Below are positions 17,347 through 27,357 of a stretch of 57,278 bases of DNA, piece by piece. This stretch comes from Candidatus Aenigmatarchaeota archaeon. Its GTDB lineage: Archaea; Aenigmatarchaeota; Aenigmatarchaeia; PWEA01. Position 1 is the stretch's first letter. The number at the start of each line of letters is the position of its first letter. The notes beneath the pieces are model-generated. The model did not search any database. It had not been told where the DNA came from and saw only the letters and a program-made list of their open reading frames with translations. Both the position numbers and the translations under genes were made by a program. The stretch is from assembly GCA_003554845.1 (NCBI GenBank), contig PWHK01000017.1, positions 77,242 through 134,519 on the forward strand. Reading direction: 5' to 3'.

Positions 17347-18467
17347 GCAAAATAACCTACATAAACACCGGTTGGACACCTGAGAGAAAAATAAGATGGA
17401 TGGAAGATCAAATCGAGAAATGGAACAAACACGGAACAGATTTGGAGTTCATGAACTTTGAGTACGATGAAGAGGTTTCGGAGTTGGATACCGAGATCGC
17501 ATACATTAGGTTCAGAACCGCAGAAGGCCTGGAAAACCAAATGCCGAGTAAATATAGGAAAGAGGAATATGATGAAGCCTTTTCAGAATTAATTGAAAAA
17601 AAGGAAAGGGAATACGAGGAATCAGTATCCGGTGAAATAAAGTATATACAAACACCAGAAGCTATGAGAAAATACCGGGACAAGACGAAGGTATATGATC
17701 TCCTTGAAGATGAGGTTCCAATGCCTGATTCTATCAAACTAGAAGAATATGATGACTTTGAGGACTTCTTAAGTAAGCACGGAGAAGTTTGCATAAAACC
17801 GGCAAGAGGTAACCAAGGACAAGGTATAACCAAGGTTGAAGAGAAGGGTTCTAGGTACTACCTAACTACAAATATCGATATAGAAAATATAGAAGAAAGT
17901 TCTCACGAAGCCTTCAAGGAATACGATCTTTCTGAGGAGGAGTTCGAGGAGTTTTTCCAAAAATACAGTGAAATAAGCGATGGTCCGAGCGCACTTATTC
18001 AAGAATGGATAAATCCTAGAAAGATCGATGGCAAAATCTTCGACCTGAGAACATATTCTGTATTCAACGAAAACCACCATGGAGCCAGGATCGGTGAAGA
18101 AGGCCTAACTACCAATCTTTCAACCGGCGTAAAAACAGAGGACCGTGTACTTCCTGCTCAAACACTCATAAAAAAGGGTGTACTTACAGGTGAGGAAAAG
18201 GCAGACATAGAACATTACTCAAACAAAGCTTCGGATCTGATGGACGTGGAGCTTCTCGCATGTGATTGGTACCTAGCTGACGAGCCCTTGATGCTTGAGG
18301 CAAACACAAGTCCAGGTACTATTCTAACAGTTGTAGCCGAAGACTACAGTCCAGAGCATCTTCTGGTAGATAAGATAGTAGAAAGGGAATACGGAGAAGA
18401 GCTGGGCGAACTAATAGAGGAGAGTAAAAACCAAAGAAAACGAATGATAGAAGAAAATTTTCTTTGA
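17343..18467 (+). CDS. ATP-grasp amide ligase (RimK/glutathione-synthetase-like) with ~120-aa acidic N-terminal extension
   Basis: 374 aa. VCIKPARGNQGQGITKVE (phosphate-binding loop region) and DWYLADEPLMLEANTSPG (Mg/ATP site) are ATP-grasp hallmarks. There is a 4-nt ATGA overlap with the GCS2 gene. Confidence 0.7.
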   Translation: MSKITYINTGWTPERKIRWMEDQIEKWNKHGTDLEFMNFEYDEEVSELDTEIAYIRFRTAEGLENQMPSKYRKEEYDEAFSELIEKKEREYEESVSGEIKYIQTPEAMRKYRDKTKVYDLLEDEVPMPDSIKLEEYDDFEDFLSKHGEVCIKPARGNQGQGITKVEEKGSRYYLTTNIDIENIEESSHEAFKEYDLSEEEFEEFFQKYSEISDGPSALIQEWINPRKIDGKIFDLRTYSVFNENHHGARIGEEGLTTNLSTGVKTEDRVLPAQTLIKKGVLTGEEKADIEHYSNKASDLMDVELLACDWYLADEPLMLEANTSPGTILTVVAEDYSPEHLLVDKIVEREYGEELGELIEESKNQRKRMIEENFL

Positions 18468-18512
18468 ATCCTGACGTATTAAAACACACAAATAGATATT
18501 GTTGGTGATAGC

Positions 18513-19283
18513 ATGGAAAAGATACTCATAATTTCAGGTATCCATGGTGATGAGATAGCTTCTATTTTAGTTGCAAGAGAACTGAAAGGATGGGTAGAAG
18601 GAATGGGGCTGGACAACGTAGATGTGATACCCGAAGTCAATAGGGAAGCAGTCGAACTAAACCGAAGAGCTACACCCAAGGACGGAAAGGATCTTAACAG
18701 ACTCTTTCCCGGCAAGAAAGACGGAACAAAAAGTGAGAAAATAGCCTATGAACTCTTTAAAAAAGCGAAGGAATATGACAAAATAATAGATCTACATACC
18801 TTTGGAAGCAAAAGAGTTTGTGCCCCCCATGTACTTGTTGACGCAAAGGAGAAGAAGAACAGGGAGCTTGTTGAAAAACTCGGGTTAGATTACGCCGTTC
18901 AAACAACAGGGTCCCCAGGAAGGCTATTCACAGAACTATCAAAGAGTGGAAAGGCATCTGTTCTTATAGAGATGTGTGGTGCAGAAAGCCTTTTGGAAAG
19001 AGATATGGAAAGGGTCAAGGAGTCACTTAAAGGGCTTATACTTGACCAGAGTAACAAAGGTGTAAAAATATTTGAAAAGTACGAAAAGATAAGACCCGAC
19101 AAACTGGGGAAGTTCGAGCCATCAAAAAAGGTTGGTCAAAGGATAACCAAGGGAGAGGTAATTGGAACCCTTAACGATAGGCCTGTCAAGTCGGATACCG
19201 ATGGTATGATACTTGGTCTCATGAATAAAGGGTTCCATGATCCCAGTGAAGGATATGTTGCCTTTGTGGCGAAAAACGAGTAG
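18513..19283 (+). CDS. succinylglutamate desuccinylase/aspartoacylase (AstE/AspA, M14-like) family zinc hydrolase
   Basis: 256 aa. ISGIHGDEIAS (H-x-x-E zinc ligands) and IDLHTFGS (third His) match the AstE/AspA pattern. Confidence 0.75.
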   Translation: MEKILIISGIHGDEIASILVARELKGWVEGMGLDNVDVIPEVNREAVELNRRATPKDGKDLNRLFPGKKDGTKSEKIAYELFKKAKEYDKIIDLHTFGSKRVCAPHVLVDAKEKKNRELVEKLGLDYAVQTTGSPGRLFTELSKSGKASVLIEMCGAESLLERDMERVKESLKGLILDQSNKGVKIFEKYEKIRPDKLGKFEPSKKVGQRITKGEVIGTLNDRPVKSDTDGMILGLMNKGFHDPSEGYVAFVAKNE

Positions 19284-19625
19284 TTAAAACCAAGGAATTA
19301 ATGTTGCTATTTCCAATAAACCTACTAAATAGTTCACGCCAAAGGCCATAAAACCTAGAATGAAATACTCTTTAGGTTTGGTTTTAGGCACTACAAAGTT
19401 AACCAACTCAACCCAAACAATGGATTTGATAATCAAATCAACCCGCGGAACGGGAACCATATAACCAACCTCCATTACATAGGGAAGTGCATAGATAAAA
19501 AACAACTGTGCTATCACAGATATTGCCAGAATCCTCGTTGAAGGGATATCCGATGAAATTAGGATATTACCTATATATAGAACTACAAAACTCAGTGCTA
19601 TCTTCACAATAAGATCCGACATCAT
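19284..19625 (-). CDS. small polytopic membrane protein, unknown function
   Basis: 113 aa with three to four hydrophobic segments. There is a 4-nt overlap with the gatE stop. Confidence 0.5.
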   Translation of the reverse strand: MMSDLIVKIALSFVVLYIGNILISSDIPSTRILAISVIAQLFFIYALPYVMEVGYMVPVPRVDLIIKSIVWVELVNFVVPKTKPKEYFILGFMAFGVNYLVGLLEIATLIPWF

Positions 19626-21469
19626 TTTTTCTCCTTTATCTTCTTCTCGAGTATATAGGATACCTTTTCACCGTCGGCCTTACCACCCACTCTTTGCATA
19701 ACGGGACCCATTAATTTCTTGAAGGCCCTTTCGTCGTCTAGTATATCCTTCTTCGAATCCACAACCTCTTCTATTATTTTTTCTAGATCTCGGTCATTGA
19801 TTACTTCTGTTTCATCCAGTATATCTTCCAGGTTTTTTTCTTCCTGGAGCATTTTCTTTAAAACATCTCCAAAGGATTCCTTGGGAATCTCATCTCTATC
19901 TATGTAGGTTAAAATCGTGCGCAGGTCTTCGGAATTTATTTTTTCTGTTGGAATACTGTCCCTCTTCTTCAGATCCTTGAGTTCAACAGTGAGTAGGTTT
20001 GCAAGTGTTGATAGGTCCATACTAACGCTTTTTCTGAGTTCTCCAAAAAGATCGTAAAATCTGCTGTCCAGGATCTCTTCGGCCAGATGTTCCGAAAGTC
20101 CATCGTCGATTAAATCCTTCTTCTTCTTTTCAAGGCTTTCGGGAATTTCTATTGTTTCCAACTTTTTTTGTCCTATCCGTATAGCAGGGACGTCGGTTTC
20201 AGGGTACATTCTTGCTTTTCCAGGTAAAGGCCTTGAGTAGCTTGTTGTTCCGTCTTCGTTTGAATCCCTTGTTTCCTCGGGAATCTCTTCCATGGACTTC
20301 TTTGCCCTGTCTTTGACTGCTTCGATGGCTTCGTCCAAGCCCTTCGTTCCTGCAGCGACTACTATTACATCGTCTTTTCCGGCGTCAAATTTTTTCTTTA
20401 GCTCACAGAACTCATCTAAGAGATCATATTTTTCTATATCTTCGTCCGTGTGTATTATACCACCCAAACCATGTGCCTCTGCGTACTCGGAGAGTTCTTT
20501 CCCGAAGGTCTTGTCACCGCTTATTTTATTCGCCAGCAAACCACCGAATCCCTTCAGTATAAAGGCCTTGATGTCCTTGTCTTTCATGATCCTTCCGTAG
20601 AACTTGGAATCACTCCCTTCGAAAACTTCCTCGACGTCGAGTACACCATCCGGAACCGAGGCGCCTCTTCGGTTTAACTTTTCCTTTATATCCAGAAGCG
20701 ACTTCTGTCTTTCGACCTCCTTTCTTACAGTATCCTCCAAAATATCAAGTTCCTGAAGGCCCTTGATCTCTATCCTGGATCCTCCCTTTATGGAGACGTT
20801 TACATCCTGTCTTATACTTCCTATCCCTCTTTGCACCTTCCGTGTTGATCTCAACATCTTACCCAGACTCTCTGCAACCTCCCTTGCATGCCCGGGGTTC
20901 TTTATATCAGGGGCCGTTCCGATCTCGACCAGTGGAATCCCGAGTCTATTTAGTCCATAGGTCACGGTATTTCCTTCTCTATTTAGAATCTGGGCGCTCT
21001 CCTCCTCCAGACATACGTTTTCAATGCCTACAGTACCTTCGCTGGTCTCCATCCCTCCGTCTAGTCCGACGAGCATGGTTCTCTGGAAGCCCGATGGGTT
21101 TGAGCCATCTATAACAGTCTTCCGCATGGGATGTATCTCATCCGGTATTTCACAGCCCAGTGTCTTTGCGACCTGTAGCGATATATCCATGGCTTCTTCC
21201 CTTATGTTGTGTGGTGGTTCTTCGTCCAGTTCAACTTCCCACGACTCTGAAGGATATGTCTTGTATATGAACCTTCTGTCACGGAGAAATTCATATAGTG
21301 CTGCAGGATCCATTTCCCCTGTCTCGCCTGGAACAGCTCTGAGTTTTCTGACTACCTCGTCAACTGGTTCTTCCTTCATTGTTGAGCTGCAGTTGCAGAA
21401 GAGCTTCTTTGTATCCAGTCTTTGGTGGACTTCTATACCACATTTAAATCCAAGTTTTTTGTAGTCCAT
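19622..21469 (-). CDS. gatE: Glu-tRNA(Gln) amidotransferase subunit E
   Basis: 615 aa. N-terminal GFKCGIEVHQRL, GatB/E catalytic core and a C-terminal YqeY-like tail. Directly downstream of gatD. Confidence 0.95.
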   Translation of the reverse strand: MDYKKLGFKCGIEVHQRLDTKKLFCNCSSTMKEEPVDEVVRKLRAVPGETGEMDPAALYEFLRDRRFIYKTYPSESWEVELDEEPPHNIREEAMDISLQVAKTLGCEIPDEIHPMRKTVIDGSNPSGFQRTMLVGLDGGMETSEGTVGIENVCLEEESAQILNREGNTVTYGLNRLGIPLVEIGTAPDIKNPGHAREVAESLGKMLRSTRKVQRGIGSIRQDVNVSIKGGSRIEIKGLQELDILEDTVRKEVERQKSLLDIKEKLNRRGASVPDGVLDVEEVFEGSDSKFYGRIMKDKDIKAFILKGFGGLLANKISGDKTFGKELSEYAEAHGLGGIIHTDEDIEKYDLLDEFCELKKKFDAGKDDVIVVAAGTKGLDEAIEAVKDRAKKSMEEIPEETRDSNEDGTTSYSRPLPGKARMYPETDVPAIRIGQKKLETIEIPESLEKKKKDLIDDGLSEHLAEEILDSRFYDLFGELRKSVSMDLSTLANLLTVELKDLKKRDSIPTEKINSEDLRTILTYIDRDEIPKESFGDVLKKMLQEEKNLEDILDETEVINDRDLEKIIEEVVDSKKDILDDERAFKKLMGPVMQRVGGKADGEKVSYILEKKIKEKK

Positions 21470-21483
21470 ACATAAACCAACTG

Positions 21484-22797
21484 TTAAAATTTACTCTTTA
21501 CGCTTCTTTCGGTTATTTCGCCCCGCATGTTTTCAGTCATAAGATCCTCGGCCTCCTCCTTGTCGTAGTTTCCAAGCAACCAGGCTAGTTTTACATAGGC
21601 CGTTTCAGGAAGCATGTCGCTGAGGTTACCTATGACACCTGCTTTCTGGAGATCGATCCCTGTCTCATATACATTCATATTAATCCTTCCGTTAAAGCAC
21701 TGCGAGGCCATAAAGGCTATGTTTCCTTCTTCGATGTACTTTTTCAGTTCTTCCATGATTTCTTTGTTGTCTGTAGGAATATGTCCCATACCGGTTCCTT
21801 CTATAACTACCCCTTTGCTTCTCTGGAGTTTTTTCTCAAATATACCCGGATCCATGCCAGGGTAGATTCTTATTATCTCTACATGGCCTTCGAGCTCACT
21901 TTTAGCCTCGACCTTTCTTTGTGTATTTTTCTTTCTGTAGTCGTTTCTTATCCTTTCGACTTTCAGATCCTCCCAGTATATCTTTGCGTATGGATCTGCG
22001 TTTACAGTCCGGAAGGCGTCCCTTCGTGATGTATGCATTTTCCTCACCTTAGTCCCGGGATGCAGGTAACAAAAATCATCTGATCTGGAACCGTGCATGC
22101 AAACTGTGACCTCGGCTATATCAGTAGTTGCGGCCTTTAATGCACATGTCAGGTTTTGATGCGCATCGCTGCTTCCTCTGTCGGAGCTTCTCTGAGAACC
22201 AACGAGTACAACGGGAATAGGGAGGTTTTCTAGCATAAAACTCAGTGCCGCAGATGTGTATCCCATGGTGTCGGTTCCGTGTGCTATTACAACACCGTCT
22301 TTTCCCTTTTCTATCTCCTCGACCACCTCCTCTGCTATTTTTTTCCAGTCTTCGGGACCGATGTTTTCCGAGAGAGTGTTTAGAATCTTCCTTGTCTCTA
22401 TTTTTGCTATACCACCTATTTCAGGAGCAAAAGTTACAAACTCATCCTCGTTAACCGAAGGCTTGACAGCTCCTGTTCTGTAGTCAACTCGGGATGCTAT
22501 AGTTCCTCCTGCTATAAGAATAGATACGCTTTTATCGCCACTTTTTTTTACATCTACATGTAGATCCTTACTCTCCACCTCCACGTCTTCTAATTTTTTG
22601 AATGACATGCCGTTTTTGTGCTTTAATCCTATGTTGTAACCACCATCCAGCTTCAGGACAAGGGTGTCTTCGTCTGATTCTGTTCTGGGCATGAGGATAC
22701 CTGTATGTTCCTTTCCGTTGTCTAGAACTTTTATCCTATCACCTATCTCTATCCCTTCTTTCTCCATTTCCCTTTGTAACTCTTTGCTGTAGGACAT
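21484..22797 (-). CDS. gatD: Glu-tRNA(Gln) amidotransferase subunit D (asparaginase-like)
   Basis: 437 aa. Asparaginase motifs GGTIASRVD and AHGTDTMGYTSA. Confidence 0.95.
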   Translation of the reverse strand: MSYSKELQREMEKEGIEIGDRIKVLDNGKEHTGILMPRTESDEDTLVLKLDGGYNIGLKHKNGMSFKKLEDVEVESKDLHVDVKKSGDKSVSILIAGGTIASRVDYRTGAVKPSVNEDEFVTFAPEIGGIAKIETRKILNTLSENIGPEDWKKIAEEVVEEIEKGKDGVVIAHGTDTMGYTSAALSFMLENLPIPVVLVGSQRSSDRGSSDAHQNLTCALKAATTDIAEVTVCMHGSRSDDFCYLHPGTKVRKMHTSRRDAFRTVNADPYAKIYWEDLKVERIRNDYRKKNTQRKVEAKSELEGHVEIIRIYPGMDPGIFEKKLQRSKGVVIEGTGMGHIPTDNKEIMEELKKYIEEGNIAFMASQCFNGRINMNVYETGIDLQKAGVIGNLSDMLPETAYVKLAWLLGNYDKEEAEDLMTENMRGEITERSVKSKF

Positions 22798-22891
22798 ACC
22801 TATTTATTGGCCATGCGTTTTAAAATATCTTTCATACCACTGTTTGTTGTTTTTCCGGACTGCAAAACAATTTTAAGCTTCGGTCTCAACC

Positions 22892-23779
22892 TTGTATAGG
22901 ATGATAGACAAATACAAGGAGGTTTCTAGCAGGATTTTTGGTGGTTCCGCCGAGAGGATTGAAGACAGACTCGGGTCCCTGGAGACAGGTCTCAGGAAGA
23001 GCAATCTCGGTATACTCCGAAGAACCTATGTAAGTGTAATGTTGATGACGTCTTTTTTATCCTTCGTTGGTATGTTTTTGGCTACATCTACATTCTTTTT
23101 GTTTTTGAACTACAGCCCACTGTACGTGATTTCCATGGGTCTCGTTGTAGCGGTCGCTTCTTCTGTATCTGTTTTCATGTTTATGTACCTGTATCCGGTC
23201 AAGGAGTCCAGGTCCAGATCAAAGAGCATAAGAAACAACCTTCCCTTTGCTATAAACCATATGTCGGCTATAGCAAGTTCCAGGGTTCCGCCCTATGTGA
23301 TTTTCAAACTTCTTGCAGAGTTCGATGAGTACGGGGAGATATCCACAGAGGCAAGAAAGATAGTCAGAGACGTCGATGTGTTTGGACATGATATAACGAC
23401 AGCCCTCAAGCAGGCGTCTATAAGAACTCCCTCGGACGAATTTCAGGAGTTCTTAGGTGGACTTGTCTCGATCGAAGAAACAGGAGGCAGCCTTATAGAC
23501 TTCCTGGAAGTGCAGGCAGAGGAGGCAATGTTTGACTACAGACAAATGAGGAAGCGTTATATGGATGCTCTGTCGACCTACGCAGATTTTTACACTGCGG
23601 TTCTCATAGCTGCACCTCTGCTCATGGTTGCGGTTCTTTCTGTTATGAGTATGGTAGGAGGCGAGGTATTTGGCATGGAAATAAGAGATGCTATATCCCT
23701 TGGGATATACGGAGCAATACCGCTTATGAATGTGATATTCATATCCTTTATACACCTAACACAACCCGAGGTGGTCTAA
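22892..23779 (+). CDS. type IV pilus platform protein, T2SSF domain (FlaJ/TadC/EpdJ-like), locus 1 subunit A
   Basis: 295 aa. Polytopic, with a cytoplasmic T2SSF-type helical domain (LPFAINHMSAIASSRVPPYVIFKLLAE). Confidence 0.75.
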   Translation: MYRMIDKYKEVSSRIFGGSAERIEDRLGSLETGLRKSNLGILRRTYVSVMLMTSFLSFVGMFLATSTFFLFLNYSPLYVISMGLVVAVASSVSVFMFMYLYPVKESRSRSKSIRNNLPFAINHMSAIASSRVPPYVIFKLLAEFDEYGEISTEARKIVRDVDVFGHDITTALKQASIRTPSDEFQEFLGGLVSIEETGGSLIDFLEVQAEEAMFDYRQMRKRYMDALSTYADFYTAVLIAAPLLMVAVLSVMSMVGGEVFGMEIRDAISLGIYGAIPLMNVIFISFIHLTQPEVV

Positions 23780-24633
23780 TGTTTGGGAAGATAACGACAA
23801 CAGAGAAAAAGAAGAAAATAATTACCTCTTCGGTTTTGCTGGGTTGTTTGGTAATCGTTGCAAATCTGATGTTTCTTAGAAATATGCCTCTATTCGGCGA
23901 ATACTTTCCACTTATCAACGTCGTAGGTTCCCTGGTGATCCTTGGTCCTCTTGGATTCTTGAAATACATCGAATATCAGAAAAACAAGGAGATTGAAGAG
24001 AGGTTCCCGGACTTCTTGAGAAACGTTACCGAGGGCATAAAGTCAGGAATGACACTTCCCAGGGCAATAGAGGAAGCTGCAGACAGTGGATACGGTATCT
24101 TAGATCCTTACGTAAAGAAGATGTCATCCCAGATCGACTGGGGTGTTCCCTTCGACGAAGTACTCAGACGGTTTGCAGATAAGGTCGGAAGCGTATCAAT
24201 AGACAGAACAGTTACAACGATAATAGAGGCCCACCGTTCCGGTGGAAACGTCTCCGAGGTACTGGAAGTTGTAGGTGAATCTGTAAAAAATATGGAAAGA
24301 CTGAAAAAGGAGAGAAAGAGTCATGTCTATTCTCAGGTCGTTACAGGTTATATGATATACTTTGTTTTTCTTGGCGTTATGATAGGACTTCAGCGGTTCC
24401 TCATACCAAATATAGTTGTAGAGGGTGGAGCCATGGGCATCGGAGGAGGTGCTCTTGATCCAAACCAGATATCAATGACCTACAAGGAAATGTTCCAGAA
24501 TCTTGTAGTAATACAGGGATTTTTTTCAGGCCTTGCCATAGGAAAGATGTCCACGGGGTCCATAGTTGCAGGCCTCCAGCATGTGGTAGTTCTGGTATTT
24601 GCTGGATATATATCATTCTTTGTTTTCATGTAG
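23779..24633 (+). CDS. type IV pilus platform protein, T2SSF domain, locus 1 subunit B
   Basis: 284 aa. FPDFLRNVTEGIKSGMTLPRAIEEAA is the T2SSF signature. There is a 1-nt overlap with the upstream paralogue. Confidence 0.75.
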   Translation: MFGKITTTEKKKKIITSSVLLGCLVIVANLMFLRNMPLFGEYFPLINVVGSLVILGPLGFLKYIEYQKNKEIEERFPDFLRNVTEGIKSGMTLPRAIEEAADSGYGILDPYVKKMSSQIDWGVPFDEVLRRFADKVGSVSIDRTVTTIIEAHRSGGNVSEVLEVVGESVKNMERLKKERKSHVYSQVVTGYMIYFVFLGVMIGLQRFLIPNIVVEGGAMGIGGGALDPNQISMTYKEMFQNLVVIQGFFSGLAIGKMSTGSIVAGLQHVVVLVFAGYISFFVFM

Positions 24634-24674
24634 CTAGAAAAGTTATATAAAAAGAGAACCAAGGTTTAACCTAT

Positions 24675-25157
24675 ATGTCTACAACAGGCGTCCTATGTCC
24701 TAGGAAAGGTATATCGCCACTTATAGCAGCAGTTCTTCTTATAGCATTTACTGTGTCGATAGCAACTGTTGTTGCATCCTGGGCCCAGAGCTTCGGCGAG
24801 GAGCGTCTTGGCGACGCAAGTGATCTGATGGGACAGGCTGTGGACTGTTTCAACATAAACGTAGATGTACAGTATGCTTACCTGGACGATGGTCAGATTA
24901 AAACACTTGTATGGAACGGAGGCACTGAGAACTTTACAGTGGTAAGGTTTGTTGTGTTCGAAGACGGAGTTCCGCATGGCTTCGAGCCCGACGGAGAAAC
25001 AACCTTTCGTCCTGGAAGACATGCAGAAATTGTCTTCGATGTAGACGATGATCTGGATATAGAAAGGGCCGAACTACATGTAGAACCGGAAAGATGCCCG
25101 AGGATACAGCCTGTTGATTCCTGTGAGGGGTTTGATGGCGAGGACTTCATCTGTTAG
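24675..25157 (+). CDS. archaeal type IV pilin (class III signal peptide, PF07790-like N-terminus)
   Basis: 160 aa. RKG|ISPLIAAVLLIAFTVSIATVV is the typical prepilin cleavage context plus hydrophobic helix. Confidence 0.75.
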   Translation: MSTTGVLCPRKGISPLIAAVLLIAFTVSIATVVASWAQSFGEERLGDASDLMGQAVDCFNINVDVQYAYLDDGQIKTLVWNGGTENFTVVRFVVFEDGVPHGFEPDGETTFRPGRHAEIVFDVDDDLDIERAELHVEPERCPRIQPVDSCEGFDGEDFIC

Positions 25158-25159
25158 CA

Positions 25160-26230
25160 TCATATACTTTCTATCTCTATCTTTGTTTTGTTGTATTTGA
25201 TTCCTCTGTTGCTTATAAGGAGGCTGTGTCTTCCCCTTGTCAATCCAATTGAACTTATGAAGTTTATATCCTCAGGCCAGACTTTTATTTCGACTCTACT
25301 TGGCACTCCTATGCCACCTCTCCTTGAAAGTGTCTTTATCTCATCCTCTCCGAGACCTCTGTTGTATATCCGGACTCTTTCCAGTTGTCCACTCAGCCCT
25401 GGACCTATAAAAAGTGGACTGTCTGTATGTACAATTCCAGGTGCCTGTTCGTATCCCATTTCTTCTCCATCGATGTATATTTTAATTTCGTCTCCATTCC
25501 ATGTACCTACCACAAAAATCCAATCTTCGAAAACGGCTTCAGTAGATGTGGTATATTCTTCACCATTACGAACTGTCCAGTGTAATTTTTCGTCGTCTAT
25601 ACCGAGCAAATATCCTGCTTGATCTGTGCTTTTGTTTATTATAGAAGCCTTGTCTGTGCTGTCGGTGTTTAACCAGGCAGAAACAGAAAGACCATTTGGT
25701 GGATTAAGGCTCCTGTGGTTTGGAACTTTGATGTGGCCATCTTGTGTGAGGTCCACAGAATTTCCGTAGATTCCATGGGTCCAGACGCCCTCTTCAAGTT
25801 TTCCGTGGTTATCGTAGGAACTACAGTCCTTTACTGTGTCTCCTTCTTGGTTTAAACGGAGATCAAGCACCCTTCCACTTCCAAGGGTTCTTATCAGAGT
25901 ATTTCCGTCCATATAACACATCTCAGGAGGCAGAAATTCTGTATCCATTTCATAGTTAAACCCTAATGTATCCTCTGTACTGTTTACAGTATATGTGCCC
26001 TGGTCGACCTCCATGGGCACGGTTACCGAGCTTCCCTCGCCTCCATATTTTACAGATATCACTTCGCTGTCGAGTGTTTCGATGTTGTCCTGTGCCCTTC
26101 CGAACATCATCTTTTCCCTTGTTTCTTCGATAGCGGGAATTCCAATGTTCATAACAATTCCTATGCCGGCTATGGTTATGAGAAGCACGAAGACTGCAGA
26201 AACTATTGGATTTATTCCCTTTGAATGCAT
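25160..26230 (-). CDS. pilin-like protein with LamG/concanavalin-A-like lectin domain
   Basis: 356 aa. SKG|INPIVSAVFVLLITIAGIGIV pilin N-terminus. The central region LRLNQEGDTVKDCSSYDNHGKLEEG...NSVDLTQDGHIKVPNH...SVSAWL...IYIDGEE...RVRIYNRGLGEDEI fits the Laminin_G_3 pattern. Confidence 0.7.
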   Translation of the reverse strand: MHSKGINPIVSAVFVLLITIAGIGIVMNIGIPAIEETREKMMFGRAQDNIETLDSEVISVKYGGEGSSVTVPMEVDQGTYTVNSTEDTLGFNYEMDTEFLPPEMCYMDGNTLIRTLGSGRVLDLRLNQEGDTVKDCSSYDNHGKLEEGVWTHGIYGNSVDLTQDGHIKVPNHRSLNPPNGLSVSAWLNTDSTDKASIINKSTDQAGYLLGIDDEKLHWTVRNGEEYTTSTEAVFEDWIFVVGTWNGDEIKIYIDGEEMGYEQAPGIVHTDSPLFIGPGLSGQLERVRIYNRGLGEDEIKTLSRRGGIGVPSRVEIKVWPEDINFISSIGLTRGRHSLLISNRGIKYNKTKIEIESI

Positions 26231-26244
26231 AAAATATCTGACCT

Positions 26245-26679
26245 CTAAAGCATTTTCTCCGGTATATCTCTGGATGCCCAGTTGGGACAGGTCCCTGAAA
26301 TAAAGACGCCCTCCTCTACATCGCCTATCTCTTCGTCCACTGTAAATGTTCTTGAATCTCCTGGAGACAGTATCTCCTCACCTCCACTTACACTGTATTC
26401 TTTCCACTGTCCGTCTACAGAGAGCTCCAGTCTGAAGTCGGTGAGTTCTTGTTTTCCTGTATTCCTCACATGGACACCCAGACCTTGTTCATACCACACT
26501 ACTTCCTCCAGGGTTATCTCCGATCTTTCACAGTCGATCTTTTCAAGGGATCCGGAAACAGCATCTTCTGTACCTTCTTCTACAATTCTGAGTACCTCGG
26601 GTCCTACTATTGTAGTTATACTTACAACTATTGCAACGAGCAATACAGTAGCTATAAGCGGTGATATACCCTTCTTCAT
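26245..26679 (-). CDS. archaeal type IV pilin (class III signal peptide)
   Basis: 144 aa. MKKG|ISPLIATVLLVAIVVSITTIV. Confidence 0.75.
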   Translation of the reverse strand: MKKGISPLIATVLLVAIVVSITTIVGPEVLRIVEEGTEDAVSGSLEKIDCERSEITLEEVVWYEQGLGVHVRNTGKQELTDFRLELSVDGQWKEYSVSGGEEILSPGDSRTFTVDEEIGDVEEGVFISGTCPNWASRDIPEKML

Positions 26680-26730
26680 AGTAAGACTATTTGTCTGGGT
26701 TTACTTAAATCATAGCACACCGGTCTTTTG

Positions 26731-27357
26731 TTACTCCATGGATCTTGTCGATGCATTTCCGTCCATTACTAATTCCAAACTACTTCCTCCGACCTCTATT
26801 GTATAGAAGAGAGACGTGTGGTTCCCATCTGCTCCCGTAAGACCACCGTAGTGTACTGTACGGCTTTGGTTGTTTTCTATGTCTTCGTAGAAAAGCTCCA
26901 GTATGTATCTGTCGCCGTGTTCTGATAGTTCGACACTGCATTCCTCGCCGTGTTCGATGTGGTTGCTGCACTCTGTTCCGTTTATCTCCGCAGATATACT
27001 TCTCCCGAGCATATTTTTGACACCTGATTTTATATGAGATCCATTGTAGTGAACTCCAACCGATATAAGAAAATTTACATCCATTGGCTGGAGATTTTCA
27101 GATGAGAACGAGGCGAACTTTTCCATGTCTTCGTTTATACTTCTGTATACTGGATCCATCTGTGCAGACTCCTCGTAGGTCCTGAGTATTTCTCTGGCCA
27201 TGTTTTCCATGATCCTGGATTCCTGTGATTTTACGGAGCCTGTTCCTACTGAAGCAAAGTCTGCGGCCACGTAGACAAGGTAGAACGAGAGGGCTATAAC
27301 TATCCCTGTTGCTACAATAACCTGGCCCTTTGATCTGCAGTTTATCATTCCACCCAC
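26731..27357 (-). CDS. pilin-like protein (minor pilin candidate)
   Basis: 208 aa. RSKG|QVIVATGIVIALSFYLVYV N-terminus. In an operon with other pilin-like genes. Confidence 0.55.
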   Translation of the reverse strand: MGGMINCRSKGQVIVATGIVIALSFYLVYVAADFASVGTGSVKSQESRIMENMAREILRTYEESAQMDPVYRSINEDMEKFASFSSENLQPMDVNFLISVGVHYNGSHIKSGVKNMLGRSISAEINGTECSNHIEHGEECSVELSEHGDRYILELFYEDIENNQSRTVHYGGLTGADGNHTSLFYTIEVGGSSLELVMDGNASTRSME

